This document shows positions 13,654 through 21,502 of a stretch of 57,030 bases of DNA, in pieces (within the stretch, counting starts at the first letter, position 1; every line of letters begins with the position of its first letter). The position numbers and the translations under genes were made by a program. Origin of the DNA: Candidatus Omnitrophota bacterium (GTDB lineage Bacteria; Omnitrophota; Gorgyraeia; Gygaellales; Profunditerraquicolaceae); contig JAHIKK010000023.1 in the NCBI GenBank assembly GCA_018897555.1, forward strand, positions 1 to 57,030, given 5' to 3'. A model generated the notes under the pieces. It ran no database searches, was not told the DNA's origin, and worked only from the letters and a program-made list of their open reading frames with translations.

Positions 13654-13682
13654 TTGACCACCATATAAATGTGTGTTACAAT
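13654..13682 (+). promoter_or_regulatory. Sigma70-type promoter of the rpmH operon
   Basis: TTGACC-17-TACAAT with TG extension. Confidence 0.7.
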
Positions 13683-13805
13683 TCACAAAATCAACCCTCT
13701 GACTTTGCTCAGGATTGCTGCATTCGCGGCGCCTTTTATGGGCACCGCCGGATGTATCAAGAAAATCACTGAAAAACCTCAGGGGCAAAAAAGGGAGATC
13801 TGGAA

Positions 13806-13943
13806 ATGAAAAAAAATTTAAAGACGCCATCAAATATTGTGGGCAAGAGGCGCCACGGATTCCGCAGCAAAATGGCTACTAAGTCCGGGCGCAAACTTCT
13901 GGCGCGCCGACGGATGAAGGGAAGAAAAAAGCTTTGCGTTTGA
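13806..13943 (+). CDS. rpmH: 50S ribosomal protein L34 (missing from the ORF track)
   Basis: [45 protein letters not shown]; GGGAG RBS. Confidence 0.93.
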   Translation: MKKNLKTPSNIVGKRRHGFRSKMATKSGRKLLARRRMKGRKKLCV

Positions 13944-14158
13944 CCCCGGTAAACTTAGCGCTTAAACTGATCGCGGTATATCAAAAATATTTAAGCCCAA
14001 GTATTGCGGCAGGTTGCCGTTTCCAGCCGGGTTGTTCCGAGTATACAAAACAGGCAATTTTTAAATACGGATTAATTAAAGGAGTATTTAAGGGGCTAAT
14101 CAGAATATTACACTGTCATCCGTTTTCTGGTAAGTCAGGTTATGACCCCTTGATATAA
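13934..14158 (+). CDS. yidD: Membrane protein insertion efficiency factor
   Basis: [21 protein letters not shown]...GYDP. Confidence 0.93.
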   Translation: MRLTPVNLALKLIAVYQKYLSPSIAAGCRFQPGCSEYTKQAIFKYGLIKGVFKGLIRILHCHPFSGKSGYDPLI

Positions 14159-14163
14159 AATCT

Positions 14164-15705
14164 ATGGAAAAACGTTTAGTTTTAGCGATTGCCTTGTCAC
14201 TTTTAGTATTATTAAGCTGGTCCGCTTTATCCCCAAAACCACAACTAGTTGATAATAAAGGTGTTATAGCAAACAAATCCCAATTAATAACATCTTCGCA
14301 GGAGATATCTTCTGCTGTAATTCCTTCAGCAGCATTATCGCCGTCTGTAGACTTTGCCAGGGAAACGGTAAAATTTACTCAAAATAGCCGGGAAATAATT
14401 TTTAATCCAGTTACGGCGGCAATTGTAGAAGTAGTCTTTAAAGACGGCCTTGAACATCGTTTGCCGCTTAAAGTAGGCTTTCTTACTGATGGTAATCTTG
14501 TTTTTAAGCAGCAAAACGTAACCAATGATTCCATTTCATTTATTTATGAAGATCAAAATAAACGTATTATTAAGAAATTTATTATTCCTAACAATAGTTA
14601 TGTCATAGAGTTAGAAGAAGTAGTTAAGAATTTATCCCCCTCTTCTTTAGCCCTCAATCCGCAATTAGTTTTAGGCCGGATGGATTTATCCGCAAAAAAT
14701 ACGCAATCGCGTTATCAGGATGTTTTTCTTAGTAATCAAGAAAAAACCATGCATCTTTCTGCTGGAAAAGATTTTAGTAGTTCGGATGTAAAGTTTATTG
14801 GCCTGCGCGATCAGTATTTCTGTACTATTGTTGAACCCGCTAATATGGCGGCCAGCGCTTATATTAAGAAAATTTCGCCCCAGGAATCTGAAGTAGGTTT
14901 ATTTATGAAAGAAACTATTTTGAAGCCTGGTGCTCAGATTGGACATTCATTTCGTATATATTTGGGTCCTCAAGATTTAAAGTCAATAAATAATGCTAAT
15001 CCAGAATGGACATCAATTATATATTTTGGCACCTTTGATTTTATTGCACAGCTACTTTTACAATTATTGGGATTTTTCTATAGTTTAGTGCATAATTGGG
15101 GATCAGCGATTATTATATTGAGTATTGCTGTATATTTTATTCTTTTCCCTCTTTCTATAAAGCAAATGCGCTCAATGAAAGAAATGCAGCTTTTACAACC
15201 AAAAATTGAAGCTTTACGTAAAGAGCTCAAAGATAATCCGCAAAAATTGAATAAAGAAATAATGGAGCTGTATAAAGAGCATAAAGTTAATCCACTTGGT
15301 GGTTGTTTGCCGCTTTTACTGCAGATGCCTATATTTTTTGCTCTTTATCAGGCATTAATTCGTTCAGTTGCTTTAAGAGGAGCGCATTTCCTATGGATTA
15401 AAGATCTTTCTTCGCCGGATAAAGCCTTTGTTTTCAAAAACTCAATACCATTTTTGGGTAATCAGGTAAATATTTTGCCAATTTTAATGGCTATTGGTAT
15501 GTTCGTTCAGCAAAAGATTTCTATGGCAAAAGCAACCGGGGAAGCTGCTCAACAGCAAAAGATGATGTCGATTATTATGCCAATTATGTTTGGAGTAATT
15601 TTCTATCAAATGCCATCAGGGTTAGTGCTTTATTGGTTTGTTAATAGCTTGTTCATGCTCGGCTACCAATTTCGTATTAATAGTCAACCCATTCGACAAA
15701 CCTGA
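14164..15705 (+). CDS. yidC: Membrane protein insertase
   Basis: N-terminal TM, large periplasmic domain, NWGSAII, GGCLP, GLVLYW. Confidence 0.96.
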   Translation: MEKRLVLAIALSLLVLLSWSALSPKPQLVDNKGVIANKSQLITSSQEISSAVIPSAALSPSVDFARETVKFTQNSREIIFNPVTAAIVEVVFKDGLEHRLPLKVGFLTDGNLVFKQQNVTNDSISFIYEDQNKRIIKKFIIPNNSYVIELEEVVKNLSPSSLALNPQLVLGRMDLSAKNTQSRYQDVFLSNQEKTMHLSAGKDFSSSDVKFIGLRDQYFCTIVEPANMAASAYIKKISPQESEVGLFMKETILKPGAQIGHSFRIYLGPQDLKSINNANPEWTSIIYFGTFDFIAQLLLQLLGFFYSLVHNWGSAIIILSIAVYFILFPLSIKQMRSMKEMQLLQPKIEALRKELKDNPQKLNKEIMELYKEHKVNPLGGCLPLLLQMPIFFALYQALIRSVALRGAHFLWIKDLSSPDKAFVFKNSIPFLGNQVNILPILMAIGMFVQQKISMAKATGEAAQQQKMMSIIMPIMFGVIFYQMPSGLVLYWFVNSLFMLGYQFRINSQPIRQT

Positions 15706-15757
15706 GTTCAAAGATTCGGGTTTGCTCAGGGTTGATGGTGAGCAAAGTCGAACCATC
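15692..15757. repeat. Nested hairpin repeat (TTCGAC...GCTCAGG...TGAGC...GTCGAA) overlapping the yidC stop
   Basis: TTCGAC/GTCGAA, GCTCA/TGAGC and inner AAACCTGAGT/ATTCGGGTTT stems. Confidence 0.65.
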
Positions 15758-15762
15758 AAAAA

Positions 15763-15963
15763 ATGAAAAAAGTAAAATATGTAGAAGTAGAAGGTAAGAC
15801 AGTTGAAGAGGCTATTGAAAAAGCATTGCAAGAACTAAAGCTTCCCCGCAACCGCGTAAAAATAGAAAGTTTGTCTGAGGAGAAAAAGGGGCTTTTTGGC
15901 ATGGCTGGAGCTAAGCCAGCCAAGGTGCGTGTAAGCGCGATTTCTGGCAAAGAAAACACTTGA
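15763..15963 (+). CDS. Jag/EloR N-terminal domain only
   Basis: VEVEGKTVEEAIEKAL...KKGLFG...AKVRV; 66 aa, no KH or R3H domain. Confidence 0.85.
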   Translation: MKKVKYVEVEGKTVEEAIEKALQELKLPRNRVKIESLSEEKKGLFGMAGAKPAKVRVSAISGKENT

Positions 15964-15987
15964 CAACTAGTTTAGTTTTGAGATAAT
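15960..15987 (+). promoter_or_regulatory. Putative sigma70 promoter of parAB
   Basis: TTGACA-16-GATAAT. Confidence 0.55.
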
Positions 15988-16043
15988 TGATTTAGTTATA
16001 GGTGGGGTTCCTCGGGGAACTAAGCGTAACTATAATAATATCA

Positions 16044-16835
16044 ATGGGTAAAATAATCGCAATATGCAATCAGAAAGGGGGAGTAGGTAAAACTACTACC
16101 TCAATTAATCTTGCAGCTTACCTGGCTATGGCAGGTAAAAAGGTTATGCTCATTGATTTAGATCCTCAGGCTAACGCTACCAGCGGTATTGGAGTAAATA
16201 AACACGACATCCAAAAAAGTACTTATCATATTCTGCTGGAAGAAGCAAAGCTTATTGATATTTTACAGAAAACCGAGATTGTTAATCTTATGCTTGCTCC
16301 TTCTAATTTGGATTTAACCGGAGCTGAGGTGGAGTTAGTCGGAGCATTAGGCCGGGAGTATAGATTAAAGAGGGCCTTACAACCTGAAAAAGATAATTAT
16401 GATTTTATAATTATCGATTCCCCGCCATCATTGGGATTACTCACGATTAATGGTTTATGTGCTGCTGATTCGGTAATTATACCTGTTCAATGTGAATATT
16501 ATGCTTTAGAGGGATTAACGCAACTCCATAATACGATTAGACTTGTGAAGGAAAACCTCAATCCATCTTTAGCCATCGAGGGTATACTGTTAACTATGGC
16601 AGATTTTCGTACCAATTTGACTAAAGAGGTGATCCAGGAGGCGCGGAACCATTTTCATGACAAGGTTTATATTACAGTAATTCCGAGAAATATCCGTTTA
16701 ACTGAAGCTCCGAGTTTTGGTAAACCCATAGCTTCATATGATCGAGATTCTCTTGGAGCGCAGAAATATGAAGAGCTTAGCCGGGAAATATTAGGCTTGC
16801 CTCTGAATCCAAAAATTGCAAAAGGAGCGAATTAA
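16044..16835 (+). CDS. parA: ParA/Soj ATPase
   Basis: NQKGGVGKTT, DLDPQANAT, DSPPSLG; start moved to ATG 16044. Confidence 0.96.
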   Translation: MGKIIAICNQKGGVGKTTTSINLAAYLAMAGKKVMLIDLDPQANATSGIGVNKHDIQKSTYHILLEEAKLIDILQKTEIVNLMLAPSNLDLTGAEVELVGALGREYRLKRALQPEKDNYDFIIIDSPPSLGLLTINGLCAADSVIIPVQCEYYALEGLTQLHNTIRLVKENLNPSLAIEGILLTMADFRTNLTKEVIQEARNHFHDKVYITVIPRNIRLTEAPSFGKPIASYDRDSLGAQKYEELSREILGLPLNPKIAKGAN

Positions 16836-17701
16836 TGGAAAGAAAAGCTTTAGGTAAAGGTCTCGGCGCATTAATTCCCGAAATAGCAGTAGATAGTACA
16901 AACCGTAGAAAAGAGGAGATTATTTATGTCCAATCTGGACAAATAAAACCCAATCCTTTTCAGCCGCGTGAAGATTTTGATGAGCAAAGTATCGGAGAGC
17001 TAGCACAATCTATTAAAGAAAAAGGGGTTATTCAACCACTTTTGGTTAGGCGTCAAGGTGATAACTATGAATTAATTGCCGGGGAAAGAAGGCTTCGCGC
17101 AGCTAACATTCTGGGGCTCAAAGAGATACCAGTTATTGTGCGAGATGTAAGCGATCAGGATTCATTAGAACTAGCCTTAATTGAAAATGTCCAAAGAGAA
17201 GGATTAAATCCTATTGAAGAAGCGCATGCTTATCAACACCTGGTGGATAAGTTCCAGGTTACCCAGGAAAAGATAAGTGAGGTTTTAGGAAAATCCCGCG
17301 TTTCGATTACCAATACTTTGCGCCTGCTTAAGCTGCCGCATGAGATTCAAGGTGAAATGAAAAAAGGGCGCATTAGTTTTGCCCATGGCCGGGCTTTACT
17401 TGAAATCGAAGACGCCAATCATCAGCGCAGGCTTGCCCAAGACGTTATTTCCAAAGGGCTTTCGGTGCGCGAGTTAGAAAACTTGATTAAAAGTGTGCGG
17501 CCCAAATCGATAAAACGCAATATCAGCCAGGGGCAGCGTGAGCCGCTAGTGGCAATCTTAGAGGAGCAATTGCAGCATGCCTTAGCCACTAAGGTGCGGA
17601 TCAGCAAGAGAAAAAAACGCGGGCACATTAATATTGAATTTTATTCGCCCGAAGATCTGCAGCGCATAGTTAACGTTATTAAAGGGACACCCCGCGCTTA
17701 G
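16835..17701 (+). CDS. parB: ParB/Spo0J
   Basis: ALGKGLGAL, NPFQPR, GERRLRA, ENVQRE. Confidence 0.96.
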   Translation: MERKALGKGLGALIPEIAVDSTNRRKEEIIYVQSGQIKPNPFQPREDFDEQSIGELAQSIKEKGVIQPLLVRRQGDNYELIAGERRLRAANILGLKEIPVIVRDVSDQDSLELALIENVQREGLNPIEEAHAYQHLVDKFQVTQEKISEVLGKSRVSITNTLRLLKLPHEIQGEMKKGRISFAHGRALLEIEDANHQRRLAQDVISKGLSVRELENLIKSVRPKSIKRNISQGQREPLVAILEEQLQHALATKVRISKRKKRGHINIEFYSPEDLQRIVNVIKGTPRA

Positions 17702-17778
17702 CAGAATTGTGCGGGTGTTATCTAAGTAAGCAAGGGACACCCCGCGCTAATTGGTATTGCGCGGGTGTTATCTAAGTA
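17682..17778. repeat. Two tandem 47-bp hairpin units (period 50) with different loops
   Basis: AAGGGACACCCCGCGCT-N11-GCGGGTGTTATCTAAGTA at 17682 and 17732. Confidence 0.85.
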
Positions 17779-17798
17779 GATAAGGAGAAAAATAAAAA

Positions 17799-18308
17799 AT
17801 GGGACAGGCAGTTTTAATTTTAATTAAACCCGATGGGTTAAAAAAATCGCTAACCGGCAACATCCTTACGCGCTTATCTGAGACCAAACTTGAAATTGTA
17901 GCGGCTAAAATGGTGCGTGTATCCAAGGCCTTAGCCGAAGAACATTATAAACATTTAAAAGATAAGCCCTTCTTTGGTGAAATTATTAAATATTTGCAGG
18001 GGGATTTACATGACCGTAAGAAAGTGATGGCTTTGGTTTATTGGGGAAAGGATGCTATAACTAAATGCCGGGACTTAGCCGGAGCCACCAACCCCGAGGA
18101 GGCGGAATCGACCTCAATCCGGGGTTCTTATGGCCGGATTACCATCAGTGGCGTTTATGAAAATGTAGTCCATGTTTCATCTAATGCTTCGGAAGCGGAG
18201 CGAGAGATTAAGCTCTGGTTTGCGCCCGATGAAATTATCGTTGATCTTTACGCGACAAAAAATATAGTGCAAAAAGAATTTTCGAGTAAGGTTTGGGCCG
18301 ATATATGA
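17799..18308 (+). CDS. ndk: Nucleoside diphosphate kinase
   Basis: IKPDG, GATNP, SIRG, NVVHVS. Confidence 0.92.
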   Translation: MGQAVLILIKPDGLKKSLTGNILTRLSETKLEIVAAKMVRVSKALAEEHYKHLKDKPFFGEIIKYLQGDLHDRKKVMALVYWGKDAITKCRDLAGATNPEEAESTSIRGSYGRITISGVYENVVHVSSNASEAEREIKLWFAPDEIIVDLYATKNIVQKEFSSKVWADI

Positions 18309-19141
18309 AAAACATAATTAATAGTATGACGGGTTTTGGTTGTCAGGAGACAGAAGTTAATTCTATCGGCAGGATTAGCGTGGAGTTAAGATGCACCAAT
18401 CATAAGTTTTTAGAAACGGTTTTTCACTTACCGGAAGGGCTGCTTTCATTAGAGGATAAGCTGAAGAAAGAAATTGAGGGCAGAATTAAAAGAGGAAGAA
18501 TTTATTGCGCGATAAACATCAAAGGGCAGCTTGCCCAGGGGATTTTTGTTAACCGCAAGCTGTTGAAGAATTATTTACATGAGTTAAATAGCGTTAAGAA
18601 AGAGTTTAATCTTCATGATGGTTTAACCCTGGATTCATTAATTCGCTTGCCGGGTATTTTGTCACTTAAGGAAGATAAGCCGGTAGGCGAACATATTTGG
18701 GAACAGCTTAAACCTGTTTTTTTGCAGGCACTTACGAGTTTATTAATTGCCCGGCAGAAAGAAGGTAAGGCCCTGGCAGGTTTGTTAAAGAAAAGAAGCG
18801 CCCTGCTGAAGAAAGATTTAGTTTTTATTAAACGGCGTTTTGCGGTGGCGGTAAAAGATAGGCTTAAAAAGATTCAAGCGGAGGAGGAGCGTGTGGCTTT
18901 TTTAAAAGGTGCAGATGTTGCTGAGGAAACAGACCGCCTGCATTTTCATATTAATAATTTTCAGCATAAGATAGCCCAGGGCGGGGCGGTGGGGAAAGAG
19001 CTGGATTTTATTACTCAGGAGATGCAGCGGGAGGCCAATACTTTGGCCGCCAAGTCGTTTGACTTGATTATTTCCGGCCGCGCCGTAGAAATGAAAAGCC
19101 AGATTGAGAAGATCCGCGAACAGGTGCAGAATATCGAGTAG
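18305..19141 (+). CDS. yicC: YicC/YloC family protein
   Basis: SMTGFG, GKELDFITQEMQREANT, REQVQNIE. Confidence 0.93.
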   Translation: MKNIINSMTGFGCQETEVNSIGRISVELRCTNHKFLETVFHLPEGLLSLEDKLKKEIEGRIKRGRIYCAINIKGQLAQGIFVNRKLLKNYLHELNSVKKEFNLHDGLTLDSLIRLPGILSLKEDKPVGEHIWEQLKPVFLQALTSLLIARQKEGKALAGLLKKRSALLKKDLVFIKRRFAVAVKDRLKKIQAEEERVAFLKGADVAEETDRLHFHINNFQHKIAQGGAVGKELDFITQEMQREANTLAAKSFDLIISGRAVEMKSQIEKIREQVQNIE

Positions 19142-19740
19142 TGAAAGCCTCCAACAGACAAAATAAGCCAGCTAAAATTTTTGTGATCAGTGGGCCGTCG
19201 GGCTCAGGCAAAACCACCCTTTTGACCAGCTTAATTCAAGATAAGCAAATCGGGAAATTATTAGTAAAATCCTGCTCGATTACTACGCGGCCAAAGCGTT
19301 CGAAAGAAAGAGAGGGCAAGGAGTATTTTTTTGTCGCGCCCAAGGAGTTTAGGCGCCTGTTAAAAGCGAAAAAAATTCTTGAATGGACCAGGTATTTGGG
19401 CTATTATTACGGAACGCCTAAGGAGCCTCTGGAAAAACAGCTTCAAGGCCGAAAGAACGTGGGTTTATGCCTGGACCTTAAGGGCGCCAGGATTCTTAAA
19501 AAAATATATCCTCAGAATACAGTAACGATTTTTGTCTTACCGCCTTCATTGAGCGCGCTTAAGGAAAGGATCCAAAAGCGCTGCCGGCACACTAATCCGC
19601 AGGAGGTGGCGCAGCGTTTGCTGCTTGCGCGTAGAGAGCTTAAGGCAGCCGGGAAATTTGACTACTGTATTTTAAATCAGAATTTGCCGGTAGCATTTAA
19701 AGAATTAAAGAGTATTTTTTTGCAGGAAAGCAGTACTTAA
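19141..19740 (+). CDS. gmk: Guanylate kinase
   Basis: GPSGSGKTT, TTRPKR, YYGT, IFVLPPS. Confidence 0.93.
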   Translation: MKASNRQNKPAKIFVISGPSGSGKTTLLTSLIQDKQIGKLLVKSCSITTRPKRSKEREGKEYFFVAPKEFRRLLKAKKILEWTRYLGYYYGTPKEPLEKQLQGRKNVGLCLDLKGARILKKIYPQNTVTIFVLPPSLSALKERIQKRCRHTNPQEVAQRLLLARRELKAAGKFDYCILNQNLPVAFKELKSIFLQESST

Positions 19741-19762
19741 CATATTACACCGGGGGTAAAAG

Positions 19763-19972
19763 ATGGATTATCAGGGGAGAGAAAAACTTTTAGACAAGAG
19801 TATGGGGTCAATTTATAAGCTGGTAATTTTGGCTTCTAAAAGGGCTTTAGAGATTGCCGAAGGCCAGCCGAAATTAGTGGCCGATGATGCTTCGGTAAAA
19901 CCCTCGACCGTGGCCTTACATGAAATTGCTGCCGGTAAGATTGAGGCCAGGAAAATCAAGACAAAAGAGTAA
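19763..19972 (+). CDS. rpoZ: RNA polymerase omega subunit
   Basis: YKLVILASKRA...KPSTVALHEI; gmk-rpoZ-coa synteny. Confidence 0.92.
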   Translation: MDYQGREKLLDKSMGSIYKLVILASKRALEIAEGQPKLVADDASVKPSTVALHEIAAGKIEARKIKTKE

Positions 19973-20517
19973 TGAAAAAAGCCGAAAAAAATATCATCTT
20001 AGGCGTAACTGCCAGTATTGCTATTTACAAGTCCTGCGGCCTTATCCGCAGGCTTAGGGAATGCGGGTTGGCCGTGCATGTGGTGATGACTAAAGAGGCG
20101 CAGGAATTAATTAAGCCGATTGTTTTTCAGAGCTTAAGCGGTAACCGGGTTTATGGCGGAAGCTTATTTGATGCGCCGGATACTTGGGATATTGAACATG
20201 TCGCTTTGGCGGCCAAAGCGGATTTAATTTTAATTGCTCCGGCAACGGCTAATATTATCGCCAAACTTGCCGCCGGCATTTGTGACGATCTTTTAAGCTG
20301 TACGGTTTGCGCGAGCAAGGCCAAGGTTTTAATTGCTCCGGCGATGAATGAGAATATGTACAAAAATAAAATTACGCAAAGCAATATCGCGAAATTAAAA
20401 TCCTGCGGTTATAAATTTATCCCTCCGGCCAGCGGCCTGCTTGCTTGCGGGGTGGTGGGGGAAGGTTGTTTAGCAGAGACAGTCGAGATTGTAAAAGAAG
20501 TTAGAAAATTATTATAG
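19972..20517 (+). CDS. coaC: Phosphopantothenoylcysteine decarboxylase flavoprotein (CoaC half only)
   Basis: GVTASIA, APATAN, PAMN, LACG..GEG; 181 aa, no CoaB domain. Confidence 0.88.
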   Translation: MKKAEKNIILGVTASIAIYKSCGLIRRLRECGLAVHVVMTKEAQELIKPIVFQSLSGNRVYGGSLFDAPDTWDIEHVALAAKADLILIAPATANIIAKLAAGICDDLLSCTVCASKAKVLIAPAMNENMYKNKITQSNIAKLKSCGYKFIPPASGLLACGVVGEGCLAETVEIVKEVRKLL

Positions 20518-20522
20518 CTTTT

Positions 20523-20595
20523 GGCGACGTAGCCAAGTGGCTAAGGCAACTGTCTGCAAAACAGTTATTCAGCGGTTCAATTCCGCTCGTCGCCT
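20523..20595 (+). tRNA. tRNA-Cys (GCA)
   Basis: GGCGACG/CGTCGCC acceptor stem, ACTGT-CTGCAAA-ACAGT anticodon arm. Confidence 0.95.
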
Positions 20596-20610
20596 AAATT
20601 TTTTTGAAGA

Positions 20611-21285
20611 ATGCCAGCACACAGAAAAGAATTAAATATTAAAGGGCCTAACCTTTGGTATCTGGTGGGGTTGATTACCAGCGATGGATGTTTATCGAAA
20701 GATGGTAGGCATGTAGATATTACATCTAGTGACTATGAATTTCTTAGCAAAATAAAAAACAAATTTAGCTTAACAAACAGAATAGGCACTAAGAATAAAG
20801 AAAAAATCAACTTAGCGTATTATATACAGATATCCAATAAGAATTTTTATGATTTTTTATTATCAGTTGGTTTAATTCCAAATAAGTCCTTAACTTTAGG
20901 TAGACTTGATGTTCCCAAAGAATTTTTTAATGATTTTTTAAGGGGTTTAATAGACGGGGATGGTTCATTGCGTAGTTGGCGGCATGTAACAAATTTACAC
21001 GTGCAGTGGTCTTTGAGTGTATTTTCAGCATCTGAAGTATTTATCAGATGGTTGCAAGCCACAATAGAAGCTTATTTGGGTTGTAGAGGAAAGATACATT
21101 CTGCATTAAGGCCTAATCGCATCAACCCTATCTATACACTAAAATACGGTAAAATGGTGGCTAGAGTAATTGCTAAAAATTGTTATTATAAAGGTTGCTT
21201 TGGTTTAGACAGAAAAATAAGGCTGGCACAAGATTGCCTTGGTTCATATAAGGGCTGGGTTCAAAGCAAAACAGTTTTTAATTAA
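20611..21285 (+). CDS. Free-standing double-motif LAGLIDADG endonuclease
   Basis: YLVGLITSDG and FLRGLIDGDG motifs; 224 aa; no intein blocks. Confidence 0.9.
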   Translation: MPAHRKELNIKGPNLWYLVGLITSDGCLSKDGRHVDITSSDYEFLSKIKNKFSLTNRIGTKNKEKINLAYYIQISNKNFYDFLLSVGLIPNKSLTLGRLDVPKEFFNDFLRGLIDGDGSLRSWRHVTNLHVQWSLSVFSASEVFIRWLQATIEAYLGCRGKIHSALRPNRINPIYTLKYGKMVARVIAKNCYYKGCFGLDRKIRLAQDCLGSYKGWVQSKTVFN

Positions 21286-21294
21286 AATTTAGTC

Positions 21295-21377
21295 GCCGGG
21301 GTGTCGGAATGGCAGACGATACGGACTTAAAATCCGTTGTCCGTAAGGGCGTGAGGGTTCAACTCCCTCCCCCGGCA
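21295..21377 (+). tRNA. tRNA-Leu (TAA)
   Basis: GCCGGGG acceptor, ACGGA-CTTAAAA-TCCGT, long variable arm. Confidence 0.95.
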
Positions 21378-21382
21378 TTTAT

Positions 21383-21456
21383 GGGCTCATAGCTCAGTTG
21401 GTTAGAGCGTTTCCTTGACATGGAAAAGGCCGGGGGTTCGAATCCTCCTGGGCCCA
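21383..21456 (+). tRNA. tRNA-Val (GAC)
   Basis: GGGCTCA/TGGGCCC acceptor, TTTCC-TTGACAT-GGAAA. Confidence 0.95.
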
Positions 21457-21502
21457 TTTAGTTTATTAGTTTGACAATCAGAGAACCTAGGAACTAAGAA
21501 TT

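Noticed and set aside
16002-17800. Canonical parS site
   Set aside because: No TGTTTCACGTGAAACA-like palindrome noticed by eye; needs a motif scan
21457-21502. T-box leader for thrS, or another short-repeat array
   Set aside because: Only 46 bp, no T-box motif; the periodicity (GAGAACCT AGGAACTA AGAATT) is too weak
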